Assembly (NCBI GenBank): GCA_000934665.2
Contig: KZ538561.1
Span: 1-61,874, forward strand
Source of the DNA: Catajapyx aquilonaris
Taxonomy: Eukaryota
Reading direction: 5' to 3'
Length of the DNA stretch: 61,874 nt
Both the position numbers and the translations under genes were made by a program. Positions 1-12,200 of the stretch are shown piece by piece (the stretch's first letter is position 1; each line of letters opens with the position of its first letter). Below the pieces are notes generated by a model that was given only the letters and a program-made list of their open reading frames with translations, was not told the origin of the DNA and ran no database searches.

Positions 1-1478
1 AAAAATATAAAATTCCCTCAAAAATGCACCAACAGTATTTTTACTAATGCGCCCCCTTAACCTTAACGTGGTGGTGGGCCTTGAGTTCTCCAGCGACATC
101 ATAGCTGCCTGCTGGCACAGTCATCCAGGCCAGATTGGCCATTTTGGGGTTGGGGAATGACTAAGAGAGGTGCCAGTCTTTCAATGCTATTCTACATTTA
201 CTTCAAAACCTTCCATTTTTCATGACATACTTTTGCTGGATTTTTAAGGCGTATTGTGTACTCTCTCTTACAATCTGACATCCGCAGTTTGGTGTTTGGA
301 CTTCATGCACAGTCATGCAATATGCTCCATGTAACAGGTATGCCAACATTGTATAGCCATAATTATTTCAAAGGTTACTACCAAATCAATGACCTTCATG
401 GAAAAGTCTTTCATAACCCGAGCAACGCCGGGTATCCTGCTAGTCGGGAATAAAGCTTACAGATATGTTCTAGTTAAAGCTGGATTTGTGAGCAACCCAC
501 TGAAGCATATGGTCTGCTGTACTACACTCCAGGATGCGGAGGGCAGCGACAAACCTTGACCAGCAATTACACGGCTATCTGATAAGTGTGTCGCTCCTCT
601 TTGCAGCACCGTCCATTAGTGCTCAATATTAATTATTGCCATAACTTGCAGCTTCTTGGCTGACAACATGATGATGTGACTTATTAAGAGTGCACACACT
701 GGTGAACTTGACCTGGAAACGGGTACATTGCATCTATTCGGTGTGTGTCCCCTTGTCCTTTAATTTCTGCGCAGTTGGAAACTTGCGTATCTGCGATTCT
801 TTGAGGCAAACACGATCAGTGATTTTGTCATTTTTGTAGTCACAATGATGACTGTAATTTCGTCAGCAGTCAGCCTATAAATAGCAATATTGCAAAGCCC
901 TTCGTTGCTCCTCTTGTTTGTTCGCAATTAACGGAACATTCAGCAACGTGTCGCTAATATAATTGTGCTATTGCCGAATTAAATAATGTATGAATAATGA
1001 ATCACACTTGGCTATGCCCAGCAGCAGTGATGTTGAGTAACGATACGAATGATCTGGTCCTGAACAGATTTCATCAACGACAGGGGTTTTGCGACACATT
1101 TCTGCATATTTTCTGAAGCGAATTCGCTTTGTCGCATGTAATTTGCAAAACCATTACTTGCGAATATAGGACATAGCGCAGATAATTTTATCTCGCATTA
1201 TAATATCATTATTAGCCGTTACATGCCAAGCTATGTACATGCATTACTTGTCTTGATAATGACCAAACGGCATACAGCAAAGTACGCCCAATGAATGCAA
1301 ATGCAATCATATGAAATGATATTAATGCATGCGCCAAATAAAAAGTATCAAATCAACGAATATGCATTGTAAAATACTAAGATTTTGCACATTTCCTGGA
1401 ATGTTGATGATAATCACATTGTGTCGCTCTCTTTTACAACAATGTAAATAAAAACGTGAGTAACAATGGCAGTCGCAC

Positions 1479-2745
1479 TTTATTCTCCTGGTTCTTTCGT
1501 ACAAGGAAGCAGGTTCAAAAAACAGGTTACAACATTGTCTTAATAACAAGGACAGGGAAGGAGGGAGGGAGAGGAGGTCAAAAGGTCAACAGAAATAACA
1601 ACAAGTATTATTTTGTAGCTGGATGGCAGACGATCCGCGGACCGGAGAGGACCCGAATCTCAGGAAGGGCTCAGAATCCCGAGAGTGGACCAAAATCTCT
1701 GGTCCGAGGACCGAACTTATGCGTGCAGCTGCTGCCCCGGATTTTTCAGGTGTAAATCTCCCCGGTTATATTATAATCAATAAAGCGCCAAAAACCACTG
1801 GCTTTTTTTTTTTTGCTTGTGCGTCGTCTGGTCACCGTCAATTTAACTGAAAGTGTCAACATGTAGCATTAATTTTGAGGGTATATTATCCGGCATGTAG
1901 AGTTCAAGACATTTTCTATGTAATCCACTGGGACACATGTCTGGAACTTTATGTCCCCGACAGTACCTTTGTTGTGCAAATGTTGGTTTGCCTGATGGCA
2001 CTTCCTGTGTTACTATTTATTAATTTTTTTCTTCAAATGATCCTACGTACGTATAGCACTCTTCCAGCATACTAAAATGGGGGGAGATGGGGGCTGATGA
2101 TCCCGACTTTTAACGAAAAATGTAACAATTATGTCACGAATATAAATAAAATGATGTTGGAAGGACAGCAAGGTTCCTCGGAAGTACCATTTCTAAGAAA
2201 GCAGAACACGTACAAAAAAATTGACGTCACAACGAAAAACACACTCTCGCGCCCTTTTTTGGTTCAGAATTATTATTTTTTTTGACTGTTGCTATTTTTT
2301 TAACACCATTTTTTTTGTTTGTTTGAATGAGTGTCAGTCACTCTTTGGAAAGTAGGAAATGGGAGGGGGGGGAGGTCAACGTGGCACTGCGATGGGGATG
2401 TTTAATATAGGACATGGAAAAATAAAAGAAAAAGTGGGGCCGAAGATAACAGTGTAAAACTATTATTTTTTTGGCTTGCACAGCACAGTTTTGTGAAGAG
2501 TGTTGAGCATAGTGAGATGTGCACATATGTATGTTGTGTTTGTGTCATTTCAAGAATAATGTTATGTGTGGAAGAAAGCGTGTTGGGTGTGTGTTGGGGG
2601 GGTTCATTGAGGTTCTGGGTTGAGGGGAGGGGGGGGGGGCGAGGAAGAATATTACAGGCGAGAAAAATAAAGCTCCCAGCACAACACCACTTGTGTATGT
2701 GTATTGTGTAGTGTGTATAATGTATGTATGTATGTGTGTCTCTTC
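1479..2745 (-). other. Probable 3' UTR of GABA-B-R2 with candidate poly(A) signals
   Basis: Follows the stop codon. Minus-strand AATAAA at 2016-2021 and 1479-1484; the latter is followed by a U/GU-rich tract. The true end is unknown. Confidence 0.4.
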
Positions 2746-3209
2746 TCACAAGTACTCGACGATATCACACTTGATGGAGATATTGGGACAGGAAGCGATG
2801 GAGAAATGTGAGCTGTCCGACACGTTATGGTTCTTGTGCCTCTCTCGAAGCAGTTTCTGGAAGATGGGCAGGATGGCCATGTCCAGGTCAGTCTCGGAGG
2901 TGGCCACTCCCGCCCCGGGTCCGCTCCCGGGTCCGCCCCTGGGATGGCCCCTCCCGCCCACGCCGCCTCGTCCGGCAGCCACGTCCGGGGTGCTCTGAAC
3001 CAGCCCCGGGGCGGGACTGCCCAGGGGCCTGGGCCTGCCCGCCGCGGACAACCGGACGCTCTGGCTCTGCCTCGGGGGCGGACCCCCGCAGTCTACCCCG
3101 GGGCCAACACTGTCCGACACTCTCACCCGGGGCCGACCCCGCTCCGACCCCGCCCTTGCCTTACTGGACGGTGCCTCCGATGACGCCGACGACGGCGCCC
3201 CCGACGGTT
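2746..3209 (-). CDS. GABA-B-R2: GABA-B-R2 last coding exon, ending ...[17 protein letters not shown]...[15 protein letters not shown]
   Basis: Strong acceptor CTCTCTTTTTTTCCAG|AA (phase 1), in frame with ORF 2746-3126; TGA stop at 2746-2748; C-terminal motif typical of arthropod GABA-B-R2. Confidence 0.92.
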
Positions 3210-6200
3210 CTGGAAAAAAAGAGAGATGACCCTAGATTAGATTACCGCAAGGTCAGCTAGTAAATAGACCTCCGGTTGACCTCTGACCTGAGGGCATGTG
3301 GGCGTGGGGGGCTCTGGGGCTGCTGGCTTGGGCGTCGGCAGAGCAGGTACTGCCTGAAGCGGAGAGGGATCCGTTGAGCAAAGGTGCTGATGAAGACGCT
3401 GCCGGCGTCAGAAAGGACGCCGTGGTGACCTGGGTCGGGGGGTCGGGAGGATGCAACGGTGCCGTCGAGGTAGTAGTAGTAGTAGAAGCGGATGATGTGG
3501 CGGTGGTGGCGCTCTGGGTCGTCGTCGGAGGCGTCGTCGTCGTCGCCAGCGTCGCGGGCTCAGTGGGCGGCGACGGAGACTCGTCGTCGTCGTCGTCGTC
3601 ATCGTCACCGTCGGTCGGAGGGGAGCAGCGGGCCATCATCAACATCCCTTCCTCGTCCGACGGCGACGCTCCCAGGAACGGCTGCGACGCCGACACGCTC
3701 AGCACCTCACCTCCACCGGCGCCTAAAAGCAGGAGAGGCGCCGTCGGGCGTCGCTCGCGGAGCTCGCCTGTGTTCGACAACATCAATTGCATTCACAACA
3801 ACACCCAACACGACACAAGTTGCACTATTGTTACTGAGGTCAAAGGTCACCCACATGCACATAGACGCACTAGAGCGCCTCGAGGGAGAGAGTCGCAAAC
3901 TGCTGACGTCACCGTCGTCGACTCTCTCCCTAGAGCCTCTCTAGCGCACACTGAAGACACTACTAACCCATGAGTGAGAGCAGAGGTTGTGCGAACTCCG
4001 CCTTCCTCCTGAGGACGCTCTCGCAGCTGCGTCCGGGCATCAGGAGGCGTCGAGAGAGGAGGGGGACCGCCTCGACGCTGCCTCTCTCGTAGATGGAGTC
4101 CTCAGGAGCAGAGTCCATCAGGGGGATTGAACCGTCGCTGTCCGACCTGGGGCTTAAGGGGCTTAAGGGCATGTCCTGCCCTGGGGTCAGCACCAGGCAG
4201 CACTCGGACACCGAGCCGACCTCCACTGGGCACGGGGACGCCGCTTCCGACGTCTCCCAGTTGGCGCTCCCTGTCGGCGACGGACCGTCGTCTTCCTCTC
4301 CGTCGCCCTCCTCCCTCTCTTCGTCCTCGTCGCCCTCCACGCCTCCGTCGACAACGTCGTCCCCGATCCTCTGCACCACCTGCACCACCTCGTCGTCGTC
4401 GTCGTCCCCTCCCCCAGGCGTCACCAGCGTCACCTCCACCAGCGGCTCGCAGTGGACCATGGCGCTGTCCAGACGAACCTCGACGCCTGACGTGTTGTTC
4501 AGGTTCATGTTCTCCTTCGACGACGACGAGATCGTCGGAAGCTTGGCGAACGTCGTCCGCTTCCTTTTTTTTTATTGAAGTTGACCAAGTTGGGAGTAAC
4601 AATGAAGGCTTGTCATTACATGGTGTTCTAATATATGGCGGGCCTGTCGATGTCGATTGAGCTGGGTTCACGCGGCCGTCTAATTACTCCACCAGCTGCA
4701 TACGTATAGCCTACCTAATCCGCTTATTCTCTCTGTCCACAAGTTTGTCTGTTTCGACTCATTAGCAGTTACCATAGTTTTCATTTTTCCCGTTCAACAA
4801 TGAAAGGGCATAGCGGTCAGAGAGGGTGGGACCCACTTCAACGGAGGCGTGCTGGTGACATCACCCTGCTGGGCTTTGTCCGCGCTGTGACTCATCACCA
4901 ACGTGCATGCAGTACTACTATCCCCCTTGTTGAATGGCAATTACGGATAAAATACAGGCCAATTACAATCAAGTGCTTCATTTACTAAATTATTCCCGGA
5001 CGTTCATCCCTGCTCCAGAAGCCATTACATGGCATGTCTTAACCCAGTTCCGCAGTTCTGGCCTCCGAAGCACCCAAATGGTGGGCAAATCTTGATATAG
5101 TTCCGCTAATAACCTCGGGTTTTTTTGTGTGTGGAAATCTCCTTTCTAACGAACCCCGAGTTTAATTACTTACTCCAACGTGCATTGCCTTTACATAACG
5201 AGAGCCAGCAGCCCTGTGTTAAGTTAGGAACGAGTTTAAGCTGCGATGCCTGTAACCCATCACGGACCGAAAATCATCTGATGCTGGGATGATAATGGGA
5301 CGGGGCAGTCTCCATTACTGAAGGGTAATTGGAATTGGAAGCCCGGTTTAATTAGCCCTTTTAGTCCAATTGAAGCAGGGGGTCCTGGAACCGCAGGTAC
5401 AATGTTAAGCCCTGACCCTATATGTATATCGGCCATTAAAGAGATTACGAGCCAGGCTGACTTGGATCCTTGTTACTTGTAACGTCGGATGGGTGTGTGT
5501 CACCCAAATTCTCCGCCAAACGCCATGGAAAATTTCGGAGGGGATAACTAACTGACACCCATGCTATATATGCTAATGTACATTAGCATTCATGGGAGGC
5601 TTTCAGTAATTTTTTGCGAGCACTATTGGCTCTAAAATAGGCGAATATGCACATACTGTACTATTAGCTAAAAATTGTACTGAAAAATCGACAATAACAT
5701 TGCAAGATTGAATCAAGTACATTTAGAGAGGAAAAATATCAAATTAATAATTATCTCGTTGCGAGACGATCATTTTCTGCAACTAATATTAGCAGGGGGC
5801 AAAAACTCGTCGTGTGTTTCTAGTTGCTATTTGAAACAATGACGAGTTGAAAGTAATTCAGTGGCAGCCAGCACGCATCAACTAAACACACAAGGATTGG
5901 TTTTTAGTCCTTCTAGCAAAGGTTGTCTAACTGAACAATAATTTTGAAAGAATGTAACAATGATCGACAATTGCTTTAAAATAACTGTCAGTCATGCAAC
6001 AGCTACTACAGTAATATAGTAGTCATAATTTCGCCGAGAAAAACAATTAGTGCTTCTACTAATAAATTGACTAAAAACCAACCATTGTGTCTATTTTGCA
6101 ACAATGCTGAGATTGCGCATAAGTCAACATCTGGCAGCCAGTACGAATAAAATTAAATATATACAAGGGCGGGGCTATCATTCCTTCTGATCAGTCAGTA

Positions 6201-9200
6201 GCAGTCACTAACAAAAAGTAGCGATCATTAGCAGCTGCTACTAACTTTAGCAAAAAGGAATGAAAACCCCGCCCGAGGTAAGAGGCACCCATGGCGTCAT
6301 AATAACCCAACATAACCCAACACCGCATTCTCTTTCAATATTTTGCGAAAAAAAGCGCATGGAAAACTCATCATGCTAGGATGAGCGGAACTAAATATTT
6401 GGCCATGCTGAAACTAGGAGGGTAACATTCACACTCTCAAGAGTAAACTGGGCCTGGTCTAAACCCGGTTTACCACGTGGTTGGCAGGCACAACTTTACC
6501 AATCAAGAGACTTGATCAGTGCTTATCAACATGGAGAATTTTTAGCCACTCTCCAGTACTTCAGTTAAGTGCCAAAATTGCTCCAAATTGATATTTTTAT
6601 TGGCTAAAGCCAGTTCCGCCCTAAACTGTCATGACAGCCAAAGATATTGTCCTGAAATGAAACGGAAAAGCTTCATATATTTTGAATGCTCATCCTGCAG
6701 ATGCGAGAGCTGCAAACATGATATGAAATTATCGAATTGTTCCCATATTAATTTTGGTGCGTAACTACAGTAGGTTTGGTAAATATTATGCTGGATAATG
6801 TTTGGGAACATCTATTCGGTGCAATCTCTTGGTAGTTCACATTTTGTGGTAATTAGAGTTTGCGTCTCTGGATTGGTAATTATTATGTCCTGAAAGCGAC
6901 CATGCAGCGGACCTAATGTAGACCAAGTCTTGACAGTCTGCTCGTTGCCAGTGCAAACGAACCCTGACGATCCGAGAGGGGGTTTTGCAAACCGGACAAC
7001 ATGAGGCGATGGGAGCTCCACCTTGCCTTGTCTTACTGTACCTCTGCGACGGCGTCTCGACGCCTGGCGCCGCCGCCTGCTGCTGGAGCTGCTGCTGGAC
7101 GTAGTCGCCATCCTGCGACGACGTCAGTGAGCACAAGGAACTCACGTCAGTCGTCTCAGTCCCCGACGGAGCTGCAACAACAACAATTCGCTCGATCAGT
7201 GAGTCCGAATGACGTCAGAGGGCCATGGACCACCGGCTAATTAGCTGGCGCCTTGCTAATTATGCGGCCAAATTAAATGATAAGGGAAGGGGAAAGGAGG
7301 AGAGGGAATAATGGTGGGAAGGTTGAAGCTCCCAAGAAGGCCTGCGTTTATCACCAAAACCCATTCCTTCGGGGAGGGGGGACAACCACCCCACCCACCC
7401 TTATACCTACCCGCAGCAAAACCCCTCTCAACAGTCTCCTATTTTAATGAAAATCGATGCAACTCCTCCGAGGAGGGAATTCCCGAAGCAAAAGGTCATT
7501 CTCAGCCCCTGCGCTATAATTACGGTACAAAACCTGTCTGACTGGCAATTTAGTAGAGGGTGTTTGGTTGGGTTGAAATGGGTGGGTGGGTGGGTGGGTG
7601 TTGATTTTGCGGATCAGGACAAGCCAATTGGGCCAGCAAGTTGTGGCCGGATGAAAAGCCACTGAATCCGCACCTACTATTTGCTCCACTGCCCTTTACT
7701 AAACAATCATTGCCCCTACTCTCACTTCACGCTCATTTGCATAAAGTGACACAACCAACAAAAAAAACACACTGCATCATTTACAAACTTCTCCAAATGC
7801 ACCGCGTAATATGAGTAATTACCCCGCGGAGTTAATTATCTGCAATACACACTATAGATGAAGATGGTGCAGCACACAGTACCTTCTTTCCGGATGATGT
7901 CAGCTCTGGGGACTGTCAGAAGCTTGTCGGACATCATCATCTCTGCCAAGATGTCCCTCGCATCTGACCCCAGCTTATCAGCCAGGATCTGCCAATCAAT
8001 TGGAAGGAAATCATGAATAACTAACAACGAAGAAACTGCAAGAAAACAGTTTCATCCTGTCATGATGCAACCCAACAAACACGCTTTCGTCATTTTGCAA
8101 TCAACTTTTGCAGCTTCTCATTTTGTGTTTAATGGTTGGACTGCTAATCGCGTGTGTCAAATCGCTGGGCTTAGAAGCAACAATGGCTGGCATATTTAGG
8201 GGGACCATGCAAAGGTGATTGTTCGAAACAGTGAGTGTGCACCAAATGAGTGGTTCGAAGGGAATTCCCCTCCCAGTTTTCCAAATGGGATTACACTAAG
8301 TCCTTTTCAACCAAATCCCCTTTCCACTTTGTACTAGTGTCGGAGCCCGAGGTTTGTCGATTCAGACCTAACCAACACCAAAAAAAAAAAAGTTAAAAAA
8401 AGTTTCCTCCGCTCACAAATGAAGCTTAACGGATCGATTCAGGGCGACAAACGAAAAATTGACGTGTCGACAAGTTAATGCTGGATTTTTTTTTATTTAC
8501 TCGGTGCCGGGTAGAGAACCCTCAATAAAATGTTGAAGATTTTTTTTTGCCCCCTTATCCCGCGACACCCGGTGACAGGGCTTGACAGGGACTTGTCGTT
8601 GCATATCGGACGAAAAAAAAGAGACGCAGAAAAATTTGCAGATGTAGAGTTTCAAGTGAATAACCTCCAGCTGTGCCACCAGCTGCGTCACATCATGTGA
8701 GCTCCAAATTACCTTAATTTAGACACTGAAGGATTTCAAATCATTTTCAGTGGACGTCTAATTATTGCTTCTCTAATCAGGATTGTCTGTACATTTTTTT
8801 TGTCAAAAATATTTTGCGAATGTTGTCCTGACCTCTATTTCCGAGTCTGCGACCTTGATCTGCTTCTTGTACTTTTGGTTGAGTGCTTTTGCCGTCTTCA
8901 TGTTTTCGTCCATAAGAGAACTGGTAGAGTCGCGGCGACCTTTCGTCGGAGGCTTCAGAGTCGCTCTCAACGCACGCTTTTCCATCTGCCCTTGAGGATT
9001 CCGCTTCAGTTCCACCATCTGCAAAAACCACAAAAATCGACAAAATTTCAAAAATGGGAAAACAAACATGGCCAGTATGACTGCTCAGCATAAGCGCGAT
9101 TAATGCAACTGCAATAATGATAATAGGCTTATATTTTGGAGCTGGCAACGGGGGGGTCCGCGGCAGTTGGTTAATTACATATTACAAGCTCGGGCTTGAA

Positions 9201-12200
9201 TAAACAACATGTGTCATATTTTAGTTCAAAATAATTGGCACAACGAGTCGGTTATGAAATCACGGCTTAACGTGAGTGCCACATATTAACACTCTAAACT
9301 CATCACGCTCCGTGATTAACTTATGCACTGTTTCTGCGATAAGTGGGTACAGGTGGAAGTAATCTCAGTTAATCACGCCGCCAATAATTAATTGCGTGAA
9401 AAATACATATATTTTAAAGCACACGATTCTACTTCACGTATGTTAGAGCAACGAGCATACATTGTTTCTGTATTGTACAGCATAGTCAGAACATTCAGTA
9501 AACAACATAAATTACTGTATAATTTGGGCATTAATTTGTGCGGAAATTTCTACTGGTTTTAATGTTTGTACAAAAACATTGTCAGTAAGTTATTGTAATG
9601 TACAATTATGCAATTTTAAACTCTATTTTGAAAAAATAAATTTTAATGCATTTAACCGCATCACTTCTGTACCAACCAGAAACTCAGTTCTTTCTTTACA
9701 ATGAAGTCAGGCACTTGTTGCCCACACGAATGACTTTCCTTTCATTAGAATACAGTAATCGCTGTTCATTTTGCAGATCATTTTCCTGCTGTTTGAAGAC
9801 GACTCTCTCTGAGACATAAAAAAGCGTGTCGAAATTCCTCATTGATTTCTTGTGCTCAAACCAGTGCAGTGTTTCATCTCTTCCGCCTTCATTTATTTTT
9901 TGTTGTCTTCTTCTTCTTCTTTTTTTTCCTCTTCGGGAGGTCCCAAAAGCGGCGGCGTTGTGGGCAAAAGCTAATGAAGCCTGAGCTTCCTTTGGGTCCA
10001 GCCTGAGATGGAAAAGGAGGAAAGGAGAAGGAAGAGAGAGCAAGTTGTAATGAAGTCGATTGGTGGTGGGGGGGTGGAGGGAAAGGGAAAGGAAAGAATG
10101 GTTTCTTTTTCTGATGGGGGAAAAAAGGTCCTTGTGTTTGTAGGCGGCGGGCAGTGCTGACGAGGCTTGTTCAGAAAAAGGCCAAACGTCGGAGAGGCCA
10201 ACCACATCCATTACTCGACAGGCTCGGGGAAGAGATGACCACTTTTCTTTGTTTTATAATCACAGAAGGAAGCTGGGCTTACATCCATCATAATTACCAA
10301 GCACGCATTTCCAACTGACATCTGCAGATCATAAAAAGGTCAGATTTTTTTAAATTTAGCTCCAGCGAAATGCGTCTTTTGTAGGTTATAGAGTATGTAC
10401 CTGAGGCGTCCATTTTCCGCCATAAATAATGACCACGTGAGATTGTGGCGACCCGTTGCAGCACTAATTAATTATGATGATGATTGAGGAGACTTGTGGG
10501 CCTCAGCTTTACTTTTACACCGGTCCGTTTTTGTGCAGGAAACGACTCCCAGGCGACTAAAAAGGGTAATTTAGTGTTTCCAAAGGCCCGGCTTTAAGGA
10601 GGGGCAATAAATTCATGAGCTCGATTCACTACTCCGGAGGATTGTCCTCTGTACATGTACATTGTACCAAAAAAAATGCACCCATTGCAAGGGTATGTCG
10701 GGCCACCCGGTTTTAATTCATGGAGAGAGGCTTATGAGGCTGTCGGTTCCATCCCTTGCAACCGTGGCCTTATGGAAAGTTGGAGGTTGGGTTTGAGTCA
10801 GCAGCTTCCATGGTAAGTGCTTTCCTTCCGCAAAATCCCATTTTCCAGCTTGGACACTGGTGCGACCGAAGGAAAAGGGGGGGTCGCTTCCAGCCCACCT
10901 CCCAGATTTATAATCCTCCTATTTCATTTGAATTTGGATGGTGCAGAGGCGCAGCTCACTGCAATATTTGGGGAGAAGAGAAACCCAGGGTGGGGAGGCC
11001 ACTTCTTCCAGAGGAAGCATTCACAAGCTTGAAAGCTCCAGCTGAGCCAATGGTTTTTGTATGAGGACGTTTGTACCAAAAAAAGGGGGAGGGACCTTGC
11101 GTCTACGTCACTGTGCCCAAGGTCAGGTTGTTTTCAACCAAAATTCGGGACCATCTCTTGAGCAGAAGTTGTGATGTTATTTAGTGGTTTTGGTGATGAG
11201 CCTGAGAGAAGTTGAATTGCTTCTTAGCCGCGCTCCACTTGTGCTTGTTGCGTTTTTTCGGTCGAGGGCCCCCCAAAAAGGTGGAAAGGAGAGGAGAGGG
11301 CCATTTGGTTGGACTTGCCTCATCACTGACTACCTCCGCTAATTGAACTACTCAGAGAAGGCCCCACAACTTGGCCCATTACGAGCATTGGGCCTAACTT
11401 GTGCCCGCCCTTGGAAATGACTCCATAATTCCCCTGCGGCCACCTCAAATCCTCTTCACCCCCTCAGGCCACGTAATTACAGCACCTGCAAACCCTCCCC
11501 ATGCGTTTAATCGTGCTTGATCTCCTCGTCTCACAAATACTACTCGCGTGTTCTGCGAAACAATTTCCTGTCACTTGGAGAAAAGGTTAACGCACTGGGG
11601 GCCATGCAAACTGATGGAAGAAGGCAGCGATTTGTACAGCGGCCTACTAGTGAACCCCTCGCCAAAATATTGGCAATACTGATCTTTCTTCCAATATGCT
11701 GTTTCTCTCCATCGGATGTTTGTCTGATCTGATAGCACCGCATTGGCGGTCGATTTACCAAGTAGTACTATTCCTCGCGTATAGATGGAGCACCATTCCC
11801 ATGCACACTCCTGCCACTCTCAAGTCGTGCGGGAGATAGTGGTACTATCAGGTCGGACAAACATCAGAAAGAATAAGCGGATCAGAATGCGTTCGTGGTA
11901 GCCGGCGTAAGTGAATCACCCTGTAGTGTGTATATATTCCAGAAAGTCTGGTATTGAAAACCTCTACAGCGTCAAACCCTCCGAGTGTGTCCAAGTTGAG
12001 TGTTGTGTCGTGTCTGACAGCTTCCTTTGAAAAAACCCCAGGTTGGAAGAACTGAATAGTGAATAAAAAGGATGGGGACGTGAGATGGGAAACTCCCACA
12101 CAAAGGCACACATTAGGCGTAATTGAGTATCAGTTTCTTCCTTTTCAAAGCAGATTTTTTTGCAAGAAGGGCGACCCCAGCGCAGTGGTTGCAACTTTCT

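Noticed and set aside
1619..1850. Possible plus-strand exon/ORF (MADDPRTGEDP...)
   Set aside because: An acceptor-like TTTTGTAG is present, but there is no convincing donor, partner exon or homology; it lies in the probable GABA-B-R2 3' UTR.
2693..4660. Long plus-strand ORFs (e.g. 3296-3973, 4093-4578, 4127-4660, 2808-3260)
   Set aside because: Antisense shadows of the GC-rich, low-complexity GABA-B-R2 tail exons; no independent gene signals.
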